From Wigglesworthia glossinidia endosymbiont of Glossina morsitans morsitans (Yale colony) (GTDB lineage: Bacteria; Pseudomonadota; Gammaproteobacteria; Enterobacterales; Enterobacteriaceae): a stretch of 32,000 nt of DNA. Of this stretch, positions 20,265 to 29,390 are shown in pieces. The notes under the pieces are model-generated. The model saw only the letters and a program-made list of their open reading frames with translations. It searched no databases and was not told the origin of the DNA. How positions within the stretch are numbered: position 1 is the stretch's first letter; each line of letters begins with the position of its first letter. The stretch spans positions 390,001 to 422,000 of the forward strand of contig NC_016893.1 of the NCBI RefSeq assembly GCF_000247565.1. The letters are read 5' to 3'. A program made the translations under genes and the position numbers.

Positions 20265-21614
20265 ATGAAAGTCACAGTTTTTGGCGCTGGATATGTCGGA
20301 TTAGTACAATCTGCAGTATTAGCAGAAATTGGATGTCAGGTAGTATGTGTAGAAAATAACTTAAATAAAGTATTAAAATTACAAAAAGGTATTATACATT
20401 TGTATGAACCAGGATTGGTACAGTTGATACAAAAAAACTTGCGAAAAAATAAATTAACGTTTACTACAAATTTAAAATTTGGCATAAAACACGGCTTAAT
20501 ACAATGTATTGCCGTTGGAACACCGTTAAAAAACAATCGAATTGATATATCGGCAGTATATAATGTAGTAGTGAAGATAGCTAAAAATATGGAAAATCAT
20601 AAGATAATTTTAAAAAAATCTACTGTACCGATAGGTACATCGGAAAAAATATTTAGTTTAGTTAAAAAAATATTAAAAAATAGAAATAAAAATTTAACAT
20701 TCGACATAGTATTTAATCCAGAATTCTTAAAAGAAGGCACAGCAATATCAGATTGCATGCATCCAGAAAGGATAATTTTTGGAATAAACAATATCAATTC
20801 TATAAATATTTTAAAAAAATTATATAAACCATTTTGTCATAAAAAAAATTCTATGATTTTTATGGATTTTCGAAGTGCAGAATTAACAAAATATGCTGCT
20901 AACTGTATGTTAGCGACCAAGATTAGTTTTATGAACGAAATGGCTAATTTAGCAGAAATTTTTGGCGCAGATATAGAAAAAATTCGTCAAGGCATAGGTT
21001 CAGATTCACGTATTGGGAAAAGTTATATATATCCAGGATGTGGCTACGGAGGATCTTGTTTTCCAAAAGATGTTCGAGGATTAATCCTTAAATCAAAAGA
21101 GTTTGGATATGAACCTAAATTGTTACATGCAGTAGAAGAAATTAATATCATGCAAAAAAATAAATTGTTTAAATTAATTCAGTTTCATTTTAGAAATGAT
21201 TTGTACAAGAAAACTTTTGCATTATGGGGATTATCTTTTAAACCAAATACTAATGATATCAGAGAAGCATCAAGTTGTATGTTAATGGAATCTTTATGGA
21301 ATTGCGGCGCAAAAGTGCAGGCTTTTGATCCAAAAGCTATGCAAGAAATTTCTTTAGTATATAAGAATAACAATAATTTAAAATTAATGCATAATAAAGA
21401 ATCTACTCTAGAACATGCAGATGCTTTAATTATTTGCACAGAATGGAAACAATTTTATTTTCCAGACTTTAAAATCATTAAATCTAAATTAAAACATCCA
21501 GTAATTTTTGATGGAAGAAATTTATATAATCCAAAATATTTAAAAAATAATGGCTTTTTATATTATGGTATTGGTCGAGGAGAATCTTGTTCAAGATTAA
21601 AAGTAAAAAGTTAA
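20265..21614 (+). CDS. ugd: UDP-glucose 6-dehydrogenase, long (about 450 aa) form
   Basis: 449 aa. Rossmann N-terminus MKVTVFGAGYVGL, NPEFLKEG, catalytic GYGGSCFPKDV, and WGLSFKPNTNDIREA. AGGAAA upstream of the ATG. Follows galU on the same strand after a 57-bp gap. Confidence 0.92.
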   Translation: MKVTVFGAGYVGLVQSAVLAEIGCQVVCVENNLNKVLKLQKGIIHLYEPGLVQLIQKNLRKNKLTFTTNLKFGIKHGLIQCIAVGTPLKNNRIDISAVYNVVVKIAKNMENHKIILKKSTVPIGTSEKIFSLVKKILKNRNKNLTFDIVFNPEFLKEGTAISDCMHPERIIFGINNINSINILKKLYKPFCHKKNSMIFMDFRSAELTKYAANCMLATKISFMNEMANLAEIFGADIEKIRQGIGSDSRIGKSYIYPGCGYGGSCFPKDVRGLILKSKEFGYEPKLLHAVEEINIMQKNKLFKLIQFHFRNDLYKKTFALWGLSFKPNTNDIREASSCMLMESLWNCGAKVQAFDPKAMQEISLVYKNNNNLKLMHNKESTLEHADALIICTEWKQFYFPDFKIIKSKLKHPVIFDGRNLYNPKYLKNNGFLYYGIGRGESCSRLKVKS

Positions 21615-21889
21615 ATTTTATAAAGAAAAAATATTTAAATATAATTTTTTTCTGATAACTTAAATAATCAAAATTCTTAATAAGAAAATACCAAGACATT
21701 TATTTATATAAAGTTTAATTTTGATTTTTTATTTAAAAAATATGTAATCAAAAATTATTTTAATATTTTCTGAAAAAAATATTATTAAAATAATAAATTT
21801 TTTTATATTCTAATTAAAGAAAATATTATTCAATTTTTAATAAAAAAATTAAAACTTTTCGCACATTTATTTTCGGTATTTATATATTT

Positions 21890-22300
21890 TTATAATAAAA
21901 AATCTTCTAATTTTTTGCCTTCTGTATCAATAGCTTTTTTGATTATTGTTGGTGTTCTTCCCTGACCTGTCCACGTTCTGATTGCTCCATGTTCGTCGAT
22001 ATATTGATATTTTGCTGGACGCATGGCGCGCTTATTTTTAATAGATGTTTTAATTGTATTATGCATAGATTGCAGTAGTTCATTGGGGTCAATACCGTCT
22101 GCTATTAACATTTCTCGATATTGTTTTAATTTTCGAGTACGTTCTTCAATTTCAGCTTGAGCTTGGTTATCTTCTTCTCTACGCTCATTAACAACGACTT
22201 CTAATTTTTCCAACATTTCTTCTAATGTCTCTAAAGTACATTCTCTAGCTTGTGCTCTTAAAGTGCGTATATTGTTAAGAATTTTTAATGCTTCGCTCAT
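21890..22300 (-). CDS. hns: Nucleoid-associated DNA-binding protein H-NS
   Basis: 136 aa. The first 43 residues, [43 protein letters not shown], are identical to E. coli H-NS as I recall it. The C-terminal DNA-binding core TWTGQGRTP is present. Confidence 0.97.
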   Translation of the reverse strand: MSEALKILNNIRTLRAQARECTLETLEEMLEKLEVVVNERREEDNQAQAEIEERTRKLKQYREMLIADGIDPNELLQSMHNTIKTSIKNKRAMRPAKYQYIDEHGAIRTWTGQGRTPTIIKKAIDTEGKKLEDFLL

Positions 22301-22327
22301 CTACGGTACTCTCAAGTATATAATAGA

Positions 22328-22347
22328 ATTATCATTTTTTTGATAAT
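22328..22347. repeat. 7-bp inverted repeat ATTATCA-N6-TGATAAT, 28-47 nt upstream of the hns start codon
   Basis: Read directly. The arms are 22328-22334 and 22341-22347, separated by TTTTTT. Each arm contains the Fur-type hexamer GATAAT/ATTATC. It could form a small hairpin in the hns leader on the minus strand. The function is unproven. Confidence 0.35.
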
Positions 22348-22791
22348 ATAATTTTAATTTATTTATTTTAATATTTATATTATCATTAATTAAAATATTG
22401 TATTTTGTAAATCAAAAAACGTGAAATTTTAAGTTATAAACTGTAATAGATATTTTTATTAATATAAACTAAAATATTAAATTAATTTAGTTTTTTTAAT
22501 AAAAAAATTATTTTTTTTATTAAAAATTAACAAATAAAAAATCTTTATTTTAATATTTAGTAAATTTTAATTTATTTGAAATAAATTTAAAATCAATAAT
22601 TTTTTTATATAAATTAAATTAGTTTTATTTTTATTAAATAAAAATATCTTAAATTAAATATTAATGAAAAATTTTAATATGCATTATCAAATTTGTTTAT
22701 AAAGTAATATATAGATTTTTATGCAAAAATATTTAATTAGTTTAGTATAGTTCTTTTATTATAGAAAATAAATATATTTTAATTAATTTTA

Positions 22792-24264
22792 TTATAATAG
22801 TGGACTAAAAAAATAAAAAAAACGCTCAATTGCACGTTGCCAGTATGGCCTTTTTACCCATTCATGTAAATTTAATATTGTAGAAAATGATATATAATTT
22901 TTATGTATTTTTTTTAATTTTTTTCCAAAATGGCGATTATCTACTATCAATGTTACTTCAAAATTTAACCATAAACTTCTCATGTCTAAATTTGCTGTAC
23001 CTACTAAACTGAGTTGATTATCTACTAAAATAGTTTTACTATGCAGCAATCCATTTTCAAATTGATAAATTTTAACACCCGAATGAAGTAATTCTGAAAA
23101 AAATGCCCTACTTGCCCATCTAACCAAAATAGAATCATTGAATTTTGGAATAATAATATACACTAACACCCCTCTTTGTGCAGCCGTGCAAATAGCATGC
23201 AATAAATCATCGCTAGGCACTAAATACGGCGTAGTAATTACTATTTTTTTTCTAGCAGAATAGATAGCAGTTAATAATACTTGTTGAATAAGATCTTCTG
23301 AAAATCCAGGACCCGATGGAATAACATTTGTTGTATAATTATATTCTGATTCATTAATAATTTTAATCTGATCTGGTAAGAAAAAAATTTTTTCTCCAGT
23401 TTCTATTTCCCAATCACATGAAAATATAATTCGCATTGCTGATACTACAGGCCCTTCCATACGGATCATAATGTCAATCCATTCTCCAACCCCAATATGT
23501 TGTTTAAAACATTTAGGATCTATCATATTCATGCTGCCAGTATATCCAATTCGATTGTCAATTAAAATCATTTTACGATGTTGCCTTAAATCCATACGTC
23601 TAAAAAATATTCTTAAAATATTTACGTGTAAAGCTTTTACAATTTTAATACCTGCACCTCTCATCATCTTTGCATGTATACTGCGAAAAAAATTGTTGCT
23701 ACCTGCTGAATCTAAAATTAATCTGCATTTTATTCCACGATGCGCCGCTTTTATTAAAACTTCAACAATTTGATTTACCCAACCACCTGGATGCCATATA
23801 TAAAAGACCATTTCAATATTTGTTTGAGCTAAATTTATATCCTTAATGACTGTATGCATCATATCATCTGAATTAGTTAAAATATTAATATTATTACTTT
23901 TTACCCCTTCCATTCCTTGACGATGTTTGCACAATTGAAATAATGCTGATGCTACTCTACTGTTAACCGTAGTAAAAATTTGTTTATAGTTTTTTAGATT
24001 TTTCAGTGCAGAAATCCAAATAACTTTATTTTTCTTTATTCTTTTTTTTTCTAAATTTAACTCTCCAAATAATAAATAAATTAATATTCCTAAAAGAGGA
24101 ACAATATAAATTGTCAGTAACCATGCCATAGATGTAGATACAGTACGACGCTTTTTTAAAATTTTTAAAGTAACTTCTATAATTAACCACCAATATCCTA
24201 GTAATAATGTCCAGTTAATTATCGGTAAATATGTATTAATAATGGAAAAAGAATTTATAAACAT
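22792..24264 (-). CDS. clsA: Cardiolipin synthase A
   Basis: 490 aa. Two N-terminal transmembrane helices, two PLD HKD motifs ([11 protein letters not shown] and [10 protein letters not shown]), and C-terminal [11 protein letters not shown] almost as in E. coli Cls. Confidence 0.95.
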   Translation of the reverse strand: MFINSFSIINTYLPIINWTLLLGYWWLIIEVTLKILKKRRTVSTSMAWLLTIYIVPLLGILIYLLFGELNLEKKRIKKNKVIWISALKNLKNYKQIFTTVNSRVASALFQLCKHRQGMEGVKSNNINILTNSDDMMHTVIKDINLAQTNIEMVFYIWHPGGWVNQIVEVLIKAAHRGIKCRLILDSAGSNNFFRSIHAKMMRGAGIKIVKALHVNILRIFFRRMDLRQHRKMILIDNRIGYTGSMNMIDPKCFKQHIGVGEWIDIMIRMEGPVVSAMRIIFSCDWEIETGEKIFFLPDQIKIINESEYNYTTNVIPSGPGFSEDLIQQVLLTAIYSARKKIVITTPYLVPSDDLLHAICTAAQRGVLVYIIIPKFNDSILVRWASRAFFSELLHSGVKIYQFENGLLHSKTILVDNQLSLVGTANLDMRSLWLNFEVTLIVDNRHFGKKLKKIHKNYISFSTILNLHEWVKRPYWQRAIERFFYFFSPLL

Positions 24265-24599
24265 AAAAAATATGATTTATTTTAGTTTAAATTTAGATAA
24301 TTTTTTAATATTAAAAAACTATTTTTAATTAAACTTTAAGTATGCATTAAGGTTTAATATAACATTTTTAATGCTATTTTAATTTTTTAATATCAAATTT
24401 TAATTCATATCGAATTGAAACAATTTTTAAAATTAAAAATTTGTTTTATATAATAAAAAATAATTTTTAAAAAATAAAAAAATTTATTTTTCATATTAAA
24501 TTTTCAATATATATTGAATTCTATATTTACACTAAAAATTTTATTTATTTTAAAAAAAATTAATTAATTGCATATACTTGATATATGAATTTATTTTGA

Positions 24600-25367
24600 T
24601 TAAGTAAAGTTTTTTTTGTTTTCAGACAATGTAAAAAGTCGATATATATATATTATTGCATAACTAGTAACAATATTATTTATTAAATAAAAAAATATTT
24701 TTATAGATATTAAATGAGAATAAATAAATATTTGAGAAACTGTTATTAATATTATTAATTTTAAAAATAACCACAATATTATAATAGGTGCAATCAATCG
24801 GGTGTGCAACAATGCATGATGCATGCTAGTACGCATAGCATAAATAATACCAATTTTTTTGTTAGAAATTAAGATTGGTGAAAAACTAAAAATAATTAAT
24901 AAAAAAATTCCTGGTACGATCATGAAAGCTATTCCAAACTGTACAAGAAAAGAGACTAAAAAAATTAACGTAAGGAACTTTGGAAAAAATGGAAAAGCAT
25001 TTAAAATTAATTGATAAAAAGTACTGTATTTTTTGTTACAAATATTATATATCATTAGTACAATATTACTAAATAGAAAAGCGTTGCCAATCAAACTAGA
25101 TAAGTGACTTGATACAGATAATTTAAAAAGAATATATTTTTGATCGTTAGATAAATTTTTAAATAAATACTGCATATTACTTATAGATTCATTAAAATTA
25201 GAAATTATGTTTGTAAGAGAAGACATTTCTTCTAATGTCGGAAGAAAAGCATATCCAATTAAACCACTAATTATTGCGGATGTTATGGAAAAAAGTACTA
25301 TATTCAAAATTTGATTAATAAAAAAATTCCAAGTATCAAATAATAAATTTTTTATAAAAATAGGCAT
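24600..25367 (-). CDS. yciC: UPF0259 family inner-membrane protein YciC (function unknown)
   Basis: Polytopic membrane protein. NFFINQ...SLIGNAF...PFFPKFLTLIFLVSFLVQFGIAFMIVPGI...IYIYRLF is colinear with E. coli YciC. The ORF opens at 25385, but AGGGAGAAG lies just before the ATGATG at 25370/25367, and starting at 25367 reproduces the E. coli N-terminal length. Confidence 0.82.
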   Translation of the reverse strand: MPIFIKNLLFDTWNFFINQILNIVLFSITSAIISGLIGYAFLPTLEEMSSLTNIISNFNESISNMQYLFKNLSNDQKYILFKLSVSSHLSSLIGNAFLFSNIVLMIYNICNKKYSTFYQLILNAFPFFPKFLTLIFLVSFLVQFGIAFMIVPGIFLLIIFSFSPILISNKKIGIIYAMRTSMHHALLHTRLIAPIIILWLFLKLIILITVSQIFIYSHLISIKIFFYLINNIVTSYAIIYIYRLFTLSENKKNFT

Positions 25368-25590
25368 CATCTTCTCCCTGTTCATTTGAAATGAATTTTC
25401 TATTTGTTTAATATTTTAATAAATTAAAAATTTTAAAATATATATAAGCAATATTTTTTAAAAAATAAATACTATTTATTTTGAATATTATTAAAAATAA
25501 TTAATTAAAATTATTTAAATAGATTTTGATAAATTATTCATTTTATATGACACAAATTATATATCATATATATAATACTGAGATTTTTAC

Positions 25591-26370
25591 CTAATTAAAT
25601 ATAAACTTCACCAATTTTTTAACATCAAATCTTATTCCAGTTTTATTTTTGCTAATATTCGACATTAAATACAAATAAAAATACATGATATCTTTTGGTT
25701 GCATAAGCGCATAATTATTTTCTGTTGGAAAAGCGATTTTTCTCATTTTTGTTTTTATAGATCCGGGATTAATGCAATTTACGCGAAGCTTAGATGATGG
25801 ATATTCAGCAGATAGTACTTTCATAAAGCCTTCTATAGCAAATTTTGAAATAGCATAAGGACCCCAATTTGCTCGTCCATTAGGAGTAGTACCAGATGTG
25901 GTAAAAATAATTGATGGATTTTTTGCTTTTAAAATTAGCGGCAAAAATGTTTGAGTTATCATAAAAGACCCATTTAAATTTACATTAATTACTTTTTTCC
26001 AAATTTTCGGTTTTTGTTTTATAATTGGATCAATTTTTCCTAAAATTCCAGCGTTATTTAGCAATCCATGTAAGTATGGTACTTTATTTTTAATTTGTTT
26101 AAAAATTAACTTATATTGATTATGATTAAATGATTCTAAATTGATAACAAGTATATATACGATAGTATTCGAATTGTTTTTTTCTATTTGCCGTTTAATT
26201 TGTACTAATTTTTTTTTAGATTTTCCTAGCAAAATAACATTTGCTCCATATTTCGCATATGTAATAGCGGCTTCTTTGCCAATTCCATCAGTAGCTCCAG
26301 TAATTAAGATATATTTATTTAATAAAAAATTTCTTTTAAAAAAGAACATTTTATGATTTAACATATTCAA
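25591..26370 (-). CDS. yciK: Short-chain dehydrogenase/reductase YciK (substrate unknown)
   Basis: 259 aa. ILITGATDGIGKEAAITYAKYGANVILLGK, NNAGILG, GRANWGPYAISKFAIEG and LRVNCINPG match E. coli YciK. The true start may be one of the downstream ATGs (26364 or 26349). Confidence 0.88.
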   Translation of the reverse strand: MNMLNHKMFFFKRNFLLNKYILITGATDGIGKEAAITYAKYGANVILLGKSKKKLVQIKRQIEKNNSNTIVYILVINLESFNHNQYKLIFKQIKNKVPYLHGLLNNAGILGKIDPIIKQKPKIWKKVINVNLNGSFMITQTFLPLILKAKNPSIIFTTSGTTPNGRANWGPYAISKFAIEGFMKVLSAEYPSSKLRVNCINPGSIKTKMRKIAFPTENNYALMQPKDIMYFYLYLMSNISKNKTGIRFDVKKLVKFIFN

Positions 26371-26633
26371 TATATAATGTTTAATGTAATTTTTTTAATA
26401 TAAAATATTTTGTTTATAGATAATAAAAATAATTTTATTAATTTTTTTTAAAAAATTTTGTTAAAAAAATTTTTTATGAATTTTTTTAAATCGCAAATAA
26501 ATTTTTAAATTATTCAAATCTTAAAATTTAAATTTATTTAAGTACTAATGTTTTCGTTTTATTACATGTAAAATATCAAGAATGAAAGTATTTTTTACAA
26601 AAAATAACGTTCATGTACTTTTTTAAAAAAGTA

Positions 26634-27233
26634 TTATTTGTTGAAATTGCATAATATATGACCCATTTTTCTAGCTTTAGTATCTAAGTACTTAGCATTA
26701 TTAGGATTTCGTCCTACGATTAAAGGGACACGTTCAGTGATATTAATACCTGCAGAACTTAATATATTAACTTTTTCAGGATTGTTTGTTAATAATCGAA
26801 TAGATTTAATTTTTAATGCACTTAATATTTCTGCGCATACTGTGAAATCTCTTTCATCTGCTGCAAATCCTAATTGATAATTAGCTTCTACAGTATCAAT
26901 TCCTTGATCTTGTAGAGCATATGCACGAATTTTATTGAGCAAACCAATATTACGACCTTCTTGTCGATGATATATTAAAACGCCACATTTTTCATGTGCA
27001 ATAGAAGATAGCGCAGCTTGTAGTTGAAAACCACAATCGCAACGTAAACTAAATAATGCATCTCCAGTTAAGCATTCAGAGTGTATTCGAGTTAAAATTG
27101 ATGTATTTTCTGTAATACTTCCGTGAAGTAAAGCAATATGGTTATATTTAGTTTGAATTTCTTCAAAACCTACCATAATAAATTCTGTCCATGGTGTAGG
27201 TAAACGAGCTTGTGTAATACGTTTAACTTGCAT
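26634..27233 (-). CDS. ribA: GTP cyclohydrolase II RibA
   Basis: [15 protein letters not shown]...[23 protein letters not shown]...[24 protein letters not shown]...[10 protein letters not shown] is nearly colinear with E. coli RibA from its Met1. The start is therefore placed at ATG 27233, not at the ORF-track 27275. Confidence 0.95.
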   Translation of the reverse strand: MQVKRITQARLPTPWTEFIMVGFEEIQTKYNHIALLHGSITENTSILTRIHSECLTGDALFSLRCDCGFQLQAALSSIAHEKCGVLIYHRQEGRNIGLLNKIRAYALQDQGIDTVEANYQLGFAADERDFTVCAEILSALKIKSIRLLTNNPEKVNILSSAGINITERVPLIVGRNPNNAKYLDTKARKMGHILCNFNK

Positions 27234-27745
27234 ATTTGCTCCAAAAATTAAATTTTTAAATAAATTATTATACAATTTTATTAATTTAAAAAACTAATAT
27301 TATTAAATATAATATTATTAATTAATTTATATAGATATTAGTTTTACTATAATTTATATTATATAATATATACTTTAAATTAAATATATACTATATTCAT
27401 TTTAATATAAATATTTTTAAAAAAATTTATAAATAAATTTTATAGCAAGTCAAAACTATTATAATTTTAAATTTTTATTTGAAATAAAAATTAAATAATG
27501 TTTATTGAATTTGTAAAAAAATGTTACTTATTTTTAAATAAAAATTTAACATAAATGCTACATATATTTATTATATTTTTTAACATATTCATTTTTTACA
27601 AATGAAATTTAATATTTTGAATAATTATAAAATATTAAATATAATGTATACAGTTTCAGATTTTATTAATACTAATACTTTGTATCAATAAAATATAAAT
27701 TTATGTTTTAATATAAAAAAATTAAATATAAATTAATTATTTTTA

Positions 27746-28480
27746 ATGTTGGTTACTAAAAACAGTATGATAGAAAAAAAAAAATTATCTCCAATTATTA
27801 TAGCATTAGATTATCAAGATCCCGAACAAGCAATTTATTTTTCTAAAAAAATATCTCCACAACAATGTCAATTAAAAATTGGCCAAGAACTTTTTATCAA
27901 ATCAGGAGTTTTTTTAGTAAATTATTTACATAAAAAAGGATTTAAGATCTTTTTAGATTTAAAGCTTTATGATATTCCTAATACAGTAAAAAGATCAGTA
28001 TATGCTATAAAAAAATTAGATGTATGGATGTTTACTTTACATATCCATGGAGGAAAAAGTATGATGTTGTCGGCTCGATCGGCACTCAATTTTCATAAAA
28101 AGAACACACCTAAAATTATTGGAGTAACTGTATTAACTAGTATGAATATACTTGAATTAAATCATATTGGTATTAATACTTCTTCTATGTTAAATCATGT
28201 AATCAAATTATCTGTACTTGCTAAAAAATGTAAATTAGATGGCATTGTATGTTCTCCGTGGGAAGCGAAAAGCATTAGAAAATTATTTGGAAAAAATTTT
28301 ATTATTATCACCCCGGGAATACGTCCAAAAAGAATGTACTATGATGATCAAAAACGTGTTATGACGCCTCGAGAAGCAATAAGATCTGGATCTGATTTTT
28401 TAGTAATTGGACGTCCAATTACTCGTGCGGATAATCCATATATGATTTTGAAAAAAATTTTGTCTGATATTAACAATTAG
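27746..28480 (+). CDS. pyrF: Orotidine 5'-phosphate decarboxylase PyrF
   Basis: 244 aa. IIALDY, FLDLKLYDIPNTV, VLTSM, ITPGIRP and VIGRPIT motifs. The N-terminal length matches E. coli PyrF. Confidence 0.94.
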   Translation: MLVTKNSMIEKKKLSPIIIALDYQDPEQAIYFSKKISPQQCQLKIGQELFIKSGVFLVNYLHKKGFKIFLDLKLYDIPNTVKRSVYAIKKLDVWMFTLHIHGGKSMMLSARSALNFHKKNTPKIIGVTVLTSMNILELNHIGINTSSMLNHVIKLSVLAKKCKLDGIVCSPWEAKSIRKLFGKNFIIITPGIRPKRMYYDDQKRVMTPREAIRSGSDFLVIGRPITRADNPYMILKKILSDINN

Positions 28481-28601
28481 ATTCTTAAATATAATAAATA
28501 TCTGCAATTTTTTATTTTTATATAATATCAAAACTGATTCAATATATTAATTGAACATAATATATATTATTGTGTATTTTAAAATAATCAAACATAAAAA
28601 A

Positions 28602-29390
28602 TCAATTTTCATTTTCTATTGCAGACATGATATGAAAACCACCATCAGCATGAATAATTTCTCCAGTAACTATAGATGATAAATCAGAAAACAAAAATGT
28701 AGCAACATTTCCTATATCATGAATATTAATAATTTTTTTTAAAGGATTTATATTTCCATAATTTTTTAACATCTTTTTAAAATTTTTAATTCCAGAAGCC
28801 GATAAAGTTTTGATTGGAGCAGCAGAAATTGCATTTACTCTAATATTTTCATTTCCTAAAGAATATGCTATATAACGTACGCTCGCTTCTAAAGCAGCTT
28901 TTGCAATACCCATTATATTATAATTTGGTATAATTCTTTCAGAACCTATATATGTAATTGTCACTATACTTCCTCCTGAATTTATCATAGATCTACTAAG
29001 CTTAGACATTTCAGAAAAACTATATGTGCTAATTTTATGTGCGTGCATAAAATCTTCCTGAGTTAAAGAATCTAAATAATTTCCTGATAAATTTTTTGGA
29101 TTTGCATATGCAATAGAATGTAAAAAACCATCAAAAGTTTTCCATGATTTTTTTAACTTTTGAAATAAATCATGAATATCTTGTTTGTTGTTTACATCAC
29201 AAGGTAATAAAAGATTCGAATTAAATTCTTTTTGCACAATTTTTTCAATACGTTGTTTCGCTTTTTCATTTTGATAGGTAAATGCTAATTCGGCTTTTTG
29301 ACGATATATAGCACGAGCAATACCGTATGCTATAGAATATTTATTTATCATTCCTGTGATTAAGAAACGTTTTCCAAGTAATAAATTCAT
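28602..29390 (-). CDS. fabI: Enoyl-ACP reductase (NADH) FabI
   Basis: MNLLLGKRFLITG...YSIAYGIA...AELAFTYQN...FDGFLHSIAYA...IPNYNIMGIAKAALEASVRY...NAISAAPIKTLAASGIK aligns with E. coli FabI from its Met1. AGGAAAA lies upstream of ATG 29390. The ORF-track start 29429 adds 13 unsupported residues. Confidence 0.94.
   Translation of the reverse strand: MNLLLGKRFLITGMINKYSIAYGIARAIYRQKAELAFTYQNEKAKQRIEKIVQKEFNSNLLLPCDVNNKQDIHDLFQKLKKSWKTFDGFLHSIAYANPKNLSGNYLDSLTQEDFMHAHKISTYSFSEMSKLSRSMINSGGSIVTITYIGSERIIPNYNIMGIAKAALEASVRYIAYSLGNENIRVNAISAAPIKTLSASGIKNFKKMLKNYGNINPLKKIINIHDIGNVATFLFSDLSSIVTGEIIHADGGFHIMSAIENEN

Noticed and set aside
23471-23773. 100-aa ORF on the plus strand inside clsA
   Set aside because: It is antisense to the conserved PLD domain of cardiolipin synthase, has no motif and no ribosome-binding site, and is judged spurious.
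27234-27275. N-terminal extensions suggested by the ORF track: ribA to 27275, fabI to 29429, sufB to 30114, minE to 16183, yciC to 25385
   Set aside because: Alignment with the E. coli N-termini as recalled supports the internal ATGs for all five. The fabI and yciC starts also have Shine-Dalgarno-like AGGA/GGAG sequences upstream, and the sufB start has a TAATG stop-start junction with sufA. The extra residues are unconserved, and for sufB they lie inside sufA.
28538-28555. Hairpin TTCAAT-ATATTA-ATTGAA between convergent pyrF and fabI as a bidirectional terminator
   Set aside because: The stem is only 6 bp with a single G:C pair and there is no clear flanking U-tract logic. Such A/T stems are abundant by chance here. 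I could not support any Rho-independent terminator in the window, including the weak A/T stem near 21775-21805 downstream of ugd.
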